Shown in pieces: positions 42,251-53,090 of a DNA stretch of 64,000 nt. The DNA is from Octopus vulgaris (Eukaryota). The stretch lies in assembly GCA_951406725.2 (NCBI GenBank), contig OX597818.1, positions 37,820,001 to 37,884,000 on the forward strand. Direction: 5' to 3'. Position numbers and translations under genes: made by a program. How positions within the stretch are numbered: the stretch's first letter is position 1; the number at the start of each line of letters is the position of its first letter. The notes under the pieces were generated by a model. The model was not told the DNA's origin. It saw only the letters and a program-made list of their open reading frames with translations, and made no database searches.

Positions 42251-42309
42251 CCCGGAAGCGCAATGCAACAAATCCATGCTTACCTTCAAGATGGAACTAA
42301 CTTATGCAG
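42251..42309 (+). CDS. CH-domain protein, coding exon 3 (PGSAMQQIHAYLQDGTNLC-R)
   Basis: ttttcag acceptor and AG|gtaaaa donor, phase 0-2. Contains the LxDGxxLC signature of CH domains. Confidence 0.92.
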
Positions 42310-44014
42310 GTAAAATATATATATATTTTTAATTGTACTTTATTCAAATAGTCTATTTAAATTTCTTTAGGTCTTATTTACATGAACGAGGAGAATATTT
42401 TTATGCTATGTATTTTTTTTACTACCCACAAGGGGCTAAACACAGAGAGGACAAACAAGGACAGACAAACGGATTAAGTCGATTATATCGACCCCAGTGC
42501 GTAACTGGTACTTAATTTATCGACCCCGAAAAGGATGAAAGGCAAAGTCGACCTCGGCGGAATTTGAACTCAGAACGTTATGGCAGACGAAATACGGCTA
42601 CGCATTTCGCCCGGCGTGCTAACGTTTCTGCCAGCTCGCCGCTTTTTTTCATGCTCTGTATTCCTTTGGTTTGATTATACTCACTGTAGGAACAGAAGTC
42701 ACAAATACAAACTGACGATATGCGCGTCAGTTGTACAGGGCTGGAGGTGTTTTACACAGTATACTTCATAACACTGCTGTGTCTACATTTTATGGCTTGG
42801 TCAGAGGAAGTAGTACACGACTCGTGACGTTTTTCAGACCTCTAAAATGGTAAATGGAAAGGAGAGAATCACTCTCAGACTCTAAATCTAGTCCCACACT
42901 TTGCAGCAGAGTGAACTTTGCGAAAGGGATCCATGGGCTAGGTGGTGACGTTATGTCGGGCGCTGTTTTTACCGTCAAATTGACAGCTAATGAAATATCA
43001 AGGGTCGAAGACAAGGAACAAAACTACAGAACATTCAGTTAATTTTATGAATCCATGGGGACTCGACTACTCCGCGCCGTGATCGCTAGTTCATATCTAG
43101 TCACTAATACCACGTCGTGATCGCGATAAGGACACATAGATCTCAACGGCCTAGTTCATCTAGCAACACAAACCAATGGTTAATATTACTTTAATTATTC
43201 CTCGACGCATAATTAACATTTGAATACTCACGGCATAAAATGTTAACATTAACGTAACAACCAAATATGTTATAGAATGAATATATCATTCTTTTCGACA
43301 TTTCGTCTGTCTTTACGTTCTGAATTCAAATTCCACCAAGGTCGACTTTGCCTTTCATCCCTTCAGGGTCGACAAAATAAGTACCAGTTGAACAGTGGGG
43401 TCGGTGTGATCGATTTATCCCCTCCACCGAAATTGCTGGGCTTGTGCCAATAATTTGAAATCATTTTTACAAATGAACTTAAGGGAGATGGATTGGCAAA
43501 ATGGTTACAGCGTTGGAAAAATACTTCACAGTATTTGTTCCGGCGGCGAGCTGGCAGAAACGTTAGCACACCGGACGGAATGCTTAGCGGTATTTCGTCT
43601 GCGTTACGTTGTGAGTTCAAATTCCGCCGAGGTCGACTTTGCCTTTCATCCTTTCGGGGTCGATAAATTAAGTACCAGTTACGCACTGGGGTCGATGTAA
43701 TCGACTTAATACCTATGTCTGTCCTTGTTTGTCCCCTCTGTGTTTAGCCCCTTGTGGGTAATAAAGAAATAAGTATTTGTTCCGGCCCTTTACGTTCTGG
43801 GTTCAAATCCCACCGAGGTCGACCTTGCCTTTCATCTTTTCAGAATAGATAAAATGAAGTACGAATCAAGTCGAAGTAATTGACTATGCTCCTCTCCTCA
43901 AAATTGCTGGCCCTCAACCTCAATTAGAAATAGTTGTTACAAATAAGCTTAGAAATGCACATATATCATATATTCTTACTGTTCAAATATTTATGGGTGA
44001 CATTATTATTTCAG

Positions 44015-44237
44015 ACTTATCAACAAGTTGCTGGAAACTGATGGCAAAGCTGCCATATCTTTCGCCAAGAACGTGAAGTCCCCCTTCGCTGCCATGGGAA
44101 ACATCGAGAACTTCTCGAAAGGTTGTGAAAGTTTTGGCCTCAATAAGGAAGCTCTTTTCCAGAGCAATGACTTAACTGAAGGCAAAAAAGGACCCTTCCT
44201 TAATGTCATCAACTGCCTTCACTCTTTAGGATTTTTG
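44015..44237 (+). CDS. CH-domain protein, coding exon 4 (LINKLLETDG...MGNIENFSKGCESFG...LFQSNDLTEGK...VINCLHSLGFL)
   Basis: tttcag acceptor and TTG|gtaagt donor, phase 2-0. Contains the MxNIxxF, LFQxxDL and VxxxLxxL motifs of the calponin/transgelin CH domain. Confidence 0.95.
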
Positions 44238-44634
44238 GTAAGTATTCTTCTATTCTGTTTCGTTTACACTTATCTCGAAAAGACAAAAAAGTTGTATATG
44301 AATTCATTAATATAAACTGGTTTAGCTCCTTCACTCATGAAGTATAGTGAGTGTAGATATGGTTGTAATGCTGTCTCATCTCCAATAAAATTTTCGCTTT
44401 CCTAAATGAAAGCTTTAAATTGCTTTAAATTGCGTTCTTTTCTGGAAAATAATTCTCTCCTGGCTGGGAGGTTCAGGTCTGAGTTTTTTGTATTCTAAAC
44501 TGCATTCAAAAGAAAATTTACCGAAAAACACAGTTAATCATTCTTAAACCATTCATTCTGCAGTGATTCACTCTAAATTTTACACCAAATATTCCTTCAT
44601 TTTGTGTCACTGAGTTACTTTTCTTCTTTTGCAG

Positions 44635-44700
44635 GCCAATTCCAAGATGGTTCTTCCAGCCTACACTGGCCAGCAGACAAAATACATGGAAGATGATTAA
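44635..44700 (+). CDS. CH-domain protein, final coding exon (ANSKMVLPAYTGQQTKYMEDD*)
   Basis: Strong ttttcttcttttgcag acceptor, phase 0, TAA at 44698-44700. The five exons join into an uninterrupted 164-aa protein. Confidence 0.85.
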   Translation, partial: ANSKMVLPAYTGQQTKYMEDD

Positions 44701-45004
44701 ACGTCAGCTCTCTAGTTTAGTTTCTCGGGAGCTTAATCAATAGCTGAAATCCTTAGTGGAGATACTGCTTCGTCGAAAACATTCGCCAAGTTACCATTAT
44801 ACTCTTATTTAAAGGCTCTCTTCACACAAACATACACATTGCAATAGCCTCAAATTGTCTTATCTCTCTTATTACATATTAAGGTAACTCCCATAATTAA
44901 TAGAAATTGCAGATACAACATACACGTCTTTTTATTTTCCTACACTTTCCAAATAATGAAGAATATTTTAACTCTGGCAATCGATGTCACTTAAAGCCTA
45001 TGAA

Positions 45005-45010
45005 AATAAA
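45005..45010 (+). terminator. Candidate polyadenylation signal of the CH-domain gene (second candidate at 45124-45129)
   Basis: AATAAA about 300 nt after the stop, followed by T/GT-rich sequence. Confidence 0.45.
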
Positions 45011-45369
45011 CTTACTTAAAATCTTCACCATGTTGTTATTTAAATCTGTTCCATGCAATCTTTTTATCGCTTTATTTTGTTTATACCACGACGAAGAATT
45101 AAATCTTTTTCTTCACAAATGTAAATAAACCCAATCTGTTTCTTAAAGGAGGGACATATTCATTATGCACAGAATGTTATTTACGTCAATGGAGGTAATT
45201 GATTGGTTAAAATTGCCGAAATGCATCAAACTCATTCAAAACAGTAACTTTCGACTTGGCAAGCTCCGTATCAAATTTCATTAACATTTCGTTCCATTTT
45301 TCTTTTTCTTTTTTTTTTTTGTACTTGCTGAGACTGGAAGACGTGGCAGTGTCCATAGCCTTTGCAGGC

Positions 45370-45780
45370 CTTTCCAAACCGGTGAGAATTGGTTCCATTA
45401 ATGTTCCCCTTGGATTTATGTAAGTCAACGAAAATATGAACATGGAGAGAATTCCAAAGGACTGTCGTTCTGGGAAGGACTGACTAGGGCAGGGCCTGCG
45501 AGTGGATGGACACACAAGGATTATGGGAGGAGAAAAGATAAGTAGGACAGGAGTGGCCTGAACCTAGCCAACATCAAGAAGTAAACCCCATTATACATGC
45601 GGTCGAAAAAGCATAGAGAGGAGACAATACACTTGTAGGAAAGAAGCTAGAGCATGTCTGTGAGTGACTTAATGACTAATCAACGGAGTAGCCTTTTTCT
45701 GGCAGTGGTCTATGATGTTTGTGGACACCAACAGCAGTAATGTCCCATATGTGAGAGTAATGCACTGTGTGAGAATCTCA
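45370..45780 (-). mobile_element. Old CR1/L2-like LINE 3' remnant
   Basis: Minus-strand FPRTTVLWNSL-like and LSHRH..L..Y..NG-like peptides (frameshifted). Confidence 0.5.
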
Positions 45781-45830
45781 GCTGAGCTTTGTAAAATAAT
45801 TGTTAAAGAATGAAGTATCTTATAGATAGA

Positions 45831-46170
45831 TCATCATCGTTTAACGTCCGCTTTCCATGCTAGCATGGGTTGGACGGTTCGACTGGGGTCTGGGAAGCCA
45901 GGAGGCTGCACCAGGCCCAGTCTGATCTGGCAGTGTTTCTACAGCTGGATGCCCTTCCTAACGCCAACCACTCCGTGAGTGTAGTGGGTGTTTTTTACGT
46001 GCCACCGGCACGGTGCCAGGCGAGGCTGGCAACGGCCACGATCGCGTGGTTCTTTTTACGTGCCACCGGCACGGAGGCCAGTCGGGGCGGCGCTGGCAAC
46101 GGCCACGTTCGGATGGTTCTTTTACGTGCCACCGGCACTGGTATCACAACTACAATTTCCATTGATTTTT
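45831..46170 (-). mobile_element. RTE-type 3' tail element (other copies 50060-50414 plus 53091-53130 on -, 59897-60332 on +, 61660-62015 on +)
   Basis: Shared core GGATGCCCTTCCTAACGCCAACC, (CAT)n/(GAT)n tail, and internal TTTTACGTGCCACCGGCAC subrepeats. Same tail as the RTE remnant at 47.3-47.9 kb. Confidence 0.8.
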
Positions 46171-46800
46171 GAGCGATAGAAAAGCTGGTCGCTGGAAATT
46201 GATCCTGGTTACGTTAAGGATGTGTTTTTGCCAAAACATATCTTCGGGGACTCAACGATTGAAGTGATTTTCAGAGCTCTAGCTGAGTGTGGTAGCATAG
46301 TGTAGATGTAGCGTGTATTTTGGCCGCCAAAAGTTTGCTTGTTATATAATGTCAATAGAGTGAGCGATTTCTTACATAAGCCGAGAACCTTTTAGTTTCA
46401 AGGAGAGCATGTGACATTCATATATTTCTCAAGAATATTAAAAATGTAATACTGTACTACCATTCCTCACCTCTTCTCCTCTACCTTCTATTCAACTCAT
46501 ATTTACTACTGACCACCTTTTCACGCTTGTTCATCATTTTTGCCTGTCTCTGCTCCCATGCAACACATCCAGCCATAGAAACTATTCCAACGGAGGCACT
46601 GAAGCACAGGCGAAGCTCAGAGTAGCAAGAAACCAACTCAGCCAAAATACGAATATTAATTTCTACTGTAGTATCAAATACCCTGTCTTCCAACAGCCAA
46701 TGCGAAGCAGATAAATCATCGTCTTTTAACGTCCATCTTCTATACTAGCATGGGTTGGACCAAAGGCATGGATTCTGGTTCAAAACATAATAGAATATTC

Positions 46801-47219
46801 GTATCTTTTCGGTTTGAACGGCAGTTTTTCTAACGGTGTCATATGAAATTGTCACCCATAATTATGATCCTAGTATCGATCTATTACATTTCAATCTGTT
46901 TTAGGGTTAGGGTTAGGGTTAGTTAGGGTTAGGGTTAGGGGTAGGGGGAAGGGTATCTTTTTTTCTTCTGTTTCTTAAACGAGGGACATATTCTTACGGC
47001 ACAGAATGCTTTCATCTCAATAGACGTCATTGATTGGTTGAAATTGCAGAAATTGAAGAAGAAAAAAACAACAAATATCTTACAAACTATAGAATTTTCT
47101 CAATAAAGCCAAGAGAAAAAGATGTTTTATAAAACACATTCTACCAGTATACGAAGTTTAAAAGTGTTTAGTTACGTGGAAATTATTTTTAAAAACTGCC
47201 GTTCAAACCGAAAAGATCC
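46801..47219 (+). mobile_element. TTAGGG-containing MITE, copy 2
   Basis: Same TIRs and body; TTAGGG array at about 46901-46948. Confidence 0.9.
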
Positions 47220-47305
47220 GAATATGTACATTACAAGTAGTAAAATAATATAGAGAATATGCCGGATATGGACAACGGAATGGTAACACTGAATTTAAAA
47301 AAGAT

Positions 47306-47960
47306 TCATCATCCTCGTCCTTTAACGTCCGTTTTCTATGCTGACACCAGGTTCCAGTCTGATTTGGCTTGGTTTCTACGGCTGGATGCCTTTCCTAACG
47401 CCAACCACTTTGCAGTAAGTGATGGGTACTTTTAACGTGACACCGGCACGAGCGCTTTTACGTGACACTAGTACGAGTGCTTTTTACATGCCACTGGCTC
47501 AGGACTCCTGCAGGCCAATCCCTTTCGCCAGGAGATACGGCTTTAACACTTCTGCTGTGGAGAGCAGGTCTTCTTGAATATAGCAAGGCACTAGGTATCC
47601 CAGTCCTTTATCATCTCGTCCGAAAGGTTCAGCGGTCTGAGATTGCCCTTCAATACTTCGTCCCATGTGTAGCGGCACATTATACACGTCTTCCTGTGTT
47701 GCTCTCTTGCACGAATTCCATCCCCTTTGAGTGAACGACATTTATCATCTCGTCCGAAAGGTTCAGCGGTCTGAGATTGCCCTTCAATACTTCGTCCCAT
47801 GTGTAGCGGCACATTATACACGTCTTCCTGTGTTGCTCTCTTGCACGAATTCCATCCCCTTTGAGTGAACGACATTTCTTCATGGCGCTATCAGCATCCA
47901 TCTGCATCACATGACTTAAACCAGCGTAGTCTTCCCTCTTGCACACTGAATATAATTCCT
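47306..47960 (-). mobile_element. RTE-clade LINE 3' end with 134-bp perfect tandem duplication
   Basis: HVMQMD...KKCR...RKT..TWDEVLKGNLR C-terminal RTE-like peptide followed by a 3' UTR ending in (GAT)n. 47607-47740 is identical to 47741-47874. Confidence 0.8.
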
Positions 47961-47969
47961 CTTATGCCT

Positions 47970-48034
<65 letters not shown>

Positions 48035-48070
48035 ACACTAGCACTCTGTTGCACATATAAATTTACATAC

Positions 48071-48473
48071 GGATCTTTTCGGTTTGAACGGCAGTTTTTT
48101 TCTAGCGGTGTCATATGAAATTGTCACCCATAATTATGACCCTAGTATCGATCTATTGCATTTCAATCTGTTTTAGGGTTAGGGGTTGGGGGAAGGGTAT
48201 CTTTTTTCTTCAGAAATGTAAATAAACCCAATCTGTTTCTTAAATGAGGGACATATTCATACGGCACAGAATGTTTTCACCTCAATAGACGTCATTAATT
48301 GGTTGAAATTGCAGAAAAAAAAACAACAAATATCTTACAAACTATAGAATTTTCTCAATAAAGCCAAGAGAAAAAGATGTTTTATAAACACATTCTACCA
48401 ATATACGAAGTTTAAAAGTGTTTAGTTACGTGGAAATTATTTTTAAAAACTGCCGTTCAAACCGAAAACATCC
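48071..48473 (+). mobile_element. TTAGGG-containing MITE, copy 3 (internal fragment also at about 45105-45220)
   Basis: Same TIRs and body with a shorter telomeric array. Confidence 0.9.
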
Positions 48474-49068
48474 TTTACATTACACATCCAGCTAAGAATA
48501 TTGCTAAATATGTCAGACACTGGAAGAAAGTCAGAGAGTAGAATAGCCAAAGCTTCGTTACTAAAAACCACAGTGAGAACACAGGTCTCAATGTATCAAT
48601 GTGTAATAACTTTTCATCAAAGAAAAATTTTGACAAAAATCTACAATTTAACCACATGGTACCCTCTCGATGGCTATTAATACAAAGGGAGGTAACTATC
48701 TCCTCACAAGGTAATGCAGGATTAAAAAACAGAATTTGAAATCAAAGTAAATGAAAAGATACAAAGAGTTCACATATATAAATATATAATTATTTTTTTT
48801 TATATATATCCCTGGCAAAGTTTCATGACAGTTAAATAAACTAATGGGAGTGATAGTAAACGATCAGATAAAATAGATACTAATTACAAATGTGATAGTG
48901 ACAGTTGGTAGGGTTGTTTTATAGTCTTGCATTTGGATATATGATATGACGAAGTGGGGTAAAGTAATGTATTCACACGACGTACTTCGATTACTGCTAC
49001 GCAAGACTCCGAACGCCCTGTTATTTCTTTTATCAGCCACGCACTCTGTCATCTCGACAATAATGTTA

Positions 49069-49569
49069 CCGTAGATCCTCGAGTATAGCCCGCAGGGGAT
49101 TTTTAGGGGGCTGTACCTCTGAAAAACCTAAACCTTGTGTATAATACGCACCTCTTCTCTAACTTGAGTCAAAGAGGTCTATATAACGTCCTTGGTTTGT
49201 AAAAATGTATACGGTAACGTCCTTTATTATTATTGTTATTGTATATATAACATAATGCAAACGTGTAGCTTTTTTGTGCATTTTGTTTGCAGAAAATAAA
49301 GAAATAACAGTAATAACGTTTAATAAATGTTGCTTATTGCAAGTTATGGATGATTCTTTTATGTCTTCATTGCTCTCAGGCGTAGCTTAAGGTATTTTCG
49401 TGCCTGACATCACAAAATGCGTCTGAATAAACATAGCCAGGCAGCAAATAGAGAATCGGACATTGCTTAGAAAATATATTTCATTTTTAACCTCGTATAT
49501 AGTATGCACTAGGGATTTTGACCGTTAAATTTTGGGGAAAAAATGTGAATTATACTCGAGGATTTACGG
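49069..49569. mobile_element. Tc1/pogo-type MITE
   Basis: TIR CCGTAGATCCTCGAGTATA / TATACTCGAGGATTTACGG flanked by TA on both sides. Confidence 0.88.
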
Positions 49570-50414
49570 TACTCTTTATAAGCGTTCAACAAGTCCATCT
49601 TTTAATCACACAGGAGTTTAATGTCTATCACTATAACAAGTTGGTAGATTATCAGCCAATAAATTAAAACTTTTGTAATTCACATTCTGTCACCAACACA
49701 ACGCAGATATTCTACCAATGATAACCATCTCAGTAATTATAGGTAGTAGAAGCTTGCAGTAATGAACTTAAATTTTCCTACAACCCATTGTACCTCACTT
49801 GGAATTCTTTAAAAAGAGAGATATTTCTGTGGCATATTGAGGACTTAATAAGTTGTTTAGCCTTGAATCAGTCCTGACTCAGTGAACTTTTGATCAAAGG
49901 GTTCATGCTTCCATCATCCTGTCTTTGAGATATAATGCCTCCAGGATTTCTTTATCCAAGAGACAGGTCTTCTCTTTTTAATACAGTAAGGTGCATTTTG
50001 AAGGAGAATTTGCAGCTCAATTTAATAAACAATGAATCATTGAAGTTTGATTTTGCTTTTCATCATCATCATGCTAGCAAGGGTTGGATGGTTCAACTGG
50101 GGTCTGGGAAGCCAGGAGGCTGCACCAGGCTCCAGTCTGATCTGGCAGTGTTTCTACAGCTGGATGCCCTTCCTAACGCCAAGCACTTCGGGAGTGTAGT
50201 GGGTGCTTTTTACATGCCACTGGCACAGGCTGGCAAATGGCCACGATCAGTTGGTGCTTTTACGTGTCACCGACACAGACGCTAGTCAGGCGGCACTGGC
50301 ATCTGCCACGTTTGGACAGTGCTTTTTACATGCCACCGGCACGGGTATCACAACTACAATTTCCATTTGATTTTTATTTTGATGTTGGTGTTGACGTACT
50401 TGACTCAATAGATC

Positions 50415-53090
50415 TGTAGTGATCCTATACAACGGCGCGCGCTCGCGCACCGTCCATTTGTATTTCGCGCGTGCGGGGTTGGTGCTTTCACCACCGGAAG
50501 AAGAACCCTTTTGCCTACGTAGCAGTTAGCCGAGGCAAGGGGAAGGTAAGACGTTGACCACCAGCGTCCAGCAAGCAGCGACTTGAGACAGCAGCGACCG
50601 AGGGAGCAGGACGTCAAATATTTTTTCTCCGTCCGAACTTGATTCTAGCAGCAGCTTTACCAAAAGGCCTTTAACCAAATTGTTGCAGACCACATCTTCT
50701 CCCTGTTCCGGACGCCATCTTTGACCAGTGTCGTTTTGCATTTGAACACTTTCTTATTTTACAGCGATAAGGTTCAGCACTGACACATTTATACCAAAGG
50801 GATACCAGATAACCACTTATTGTTACTGTTACCACATTAGAGAATAAAGTAGTATATATATCTTTTACGTCTGCGTCTTGTTGTTTCTGACTGGTAGAAT
50901 TCTGGATTATTAAAGCAATGGCTAGTGATTGCCTCTTGTACTCCGAAAGTACAAGAGAAGATATATTCACTAAGTTCGTTACACTGGTGACCCCCGACGT
51001 GATTCTGGTCTAAAACCAGAGATCACTTATCAACAAAGAAATCCAGTTTTTCTGCGAAGTCGGAACACGATTAACTCTACGCATTCATCTTTCGACGATT
51101 TGTTTCCGTCCTCTCGGACCGTTATAGAAGGACCCTTTTTATTCTTCAACATAATGACGGACGCCATCACATCATCGATGCTATTTCTCTGCCTTCGTCA
51201 TCGCCATCGTCGTCTTTCTACTTCACGTCGTCGTTATCTTCGTCGCCATCACCACTAAGAACAATGTTGTCTCAAGTCCACTACAGTCGCCTTCCACCAC
51301 CACCGTCGCCTTTCAACACCGTCGACCAAGATGTACATAGCAACTCGCGGAACTTTAGCTTTCACGCTGTTCGTACATAGCGCGCCAAGAATTAACAGCC
51401 CAGCACTATCTACGAGATTCTTCTGTTCCAGTTAACCTGTCACAGCATTGAAGCCACAACCGTTACACGATATGTGTCCAATCGGCATCTGCATTTGTGA
51501 TCTCAACATTCTGTTACAGAACGAACTGCTATTGTGCATCAGGCTATTACAGACTGGTAAATTAACTCCATTGTCTGGAATAGCACTGAGAGACATTTTT
51601 CCTATGCGCTGTATTTTTATTTTTTTGCTCGCATTTCACCTTGTATGTATTTTTGTCGCACACACGTACACACACATAAATGCTATCTCTCACATACATA
51701 CGTCACACATGCTTTTCTCGCTTGTTTTTTTTCCATGCTAAATTTGCCTTTTGTGGACACACCTCATTTCTATAGACCCTAGGTCGGTCACGTATACATA
51801 GAGAGGATTGTTTGTCCATTATAACGCGCCGGCATGCCATACCTTTGTTCCTGTACGAACGAGGCATATAATCGCTCAACCACTGGCATATTCATTGCTG
51901 TTTTTTTTTCGGTCTGGCAAGCCCTATTGCATTTCATGCGCCTTTGCTTCGCACGTGTATTGCCTTGTTTTTTGCAACACGTTTGCGTTAGCTTAATTCT
52001 TTTCCCGACTCATAGAATGTCGGATGTTCACATGCGCTGCGCCTATGTATGGGCGTAATTAATTTTCCCTGTTAGACTCCTGTTGGTCACGTAATTAACA
52101 GAGAAAATTATCTGTGTCGCGCATCACACCAGCATGCTTGCACTTTTGCTTTTGTGTTACTAGCGATCTATCTGTCGATTCCATTTCCTCTCCTGCAGCA
52201 ATTGACTTAACTGCTATTTCGCAGGATCAACTACCTTTAGAGAAGTTGGATTTAATTTCGCCTAGGTTCATTAACTGTGAGTTTGCTTTCCTCCCGCTCC
52301 CTACAGCGGAAGGCTCTATACTTTGTGACGTATCCACTTTCATGCATGCACTTTTGAATTTTGCTCATTTTGAGTATTTTTTTTCCTTTTGGTAGATTTC
52401 TTATGTATATTGTAAATTTTGCCATTTTATTATATTGTGTGCTATTTGGTTATCTGGTGTCCACCTTGAGTTTTATAGTCACTACAGGGAATTTTGTGTC
52501 GTGCTTACGCACTGGGGTGGAGCTCTGTAGTGACCCTATACAACGGCGCGCGCGCACCGTCCATTTGTATTTCGCGCGTGCGGGGTTGGTGCTTTCACCA
52601 CCGGAAGAAGAACCCTTTTGCCTACGTAGCAGTTAGCCGAGGCAAGGGGATCGTAAGACGTTGACCACCAGCGTCCAGCAAGCAGCGACTTGAGACAGCA
52701 GCGACCGAGGGAGCAGGACGTCAAATATTTTTTCTCCGTCCGAACTTGATTCTAGCAGCAGCTTTACCAAAAGGCCTTTAACCAAATTGTTGCAGACCAC
52801 ATCTTCTCCCTGTTCCGGACGCCATCTTTGACCAGTGTCGTTTTGCATTTGAACACTTTCTTATTTTACAGCGATAAGGTTCAGCACTGACACATTTATA
52901 CCAAAGGGATACCAGATAACCACTTATTGTTACTGTTACCACATTAGAGAATAAAGTAGTATATATATCTTTTACGTCTGCGTCTTGTTGTTTCTGACTG
53001 GTAGAATTCTGGATTATTAAATCAATGGCTAGTGATTGCCTCTTGTACTCCGAAAGTACAAGAGAAGATATATTCACTAAGTTCGTTACA
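50415..53090 (+). mobile_element. Non-autonomous LTR retrotransposon (Gypsy, probably CsRn1/Kabuki-like), 2676 bp
   Basis: LTRs 50415-50983 and 52526-53090 (TGTA...TACA; 4 substitutions plus one 4-bp indel seen). 4-bp TSD GATC. PBS TGGTGACCCCCGACGTGAT (tRNA-Trp type) at 50985-51003. PPT-like TGGGGTGGAG before the 3' LTR. No pol ORF. Confidence 0.93.

Noticed and set aside
50405-53077. Duplicated small ORFs (70-99 aa) suggesting paralogous genes
   Set aside because: They are the two LTR copies read on the minus strand and have no protein motifs.
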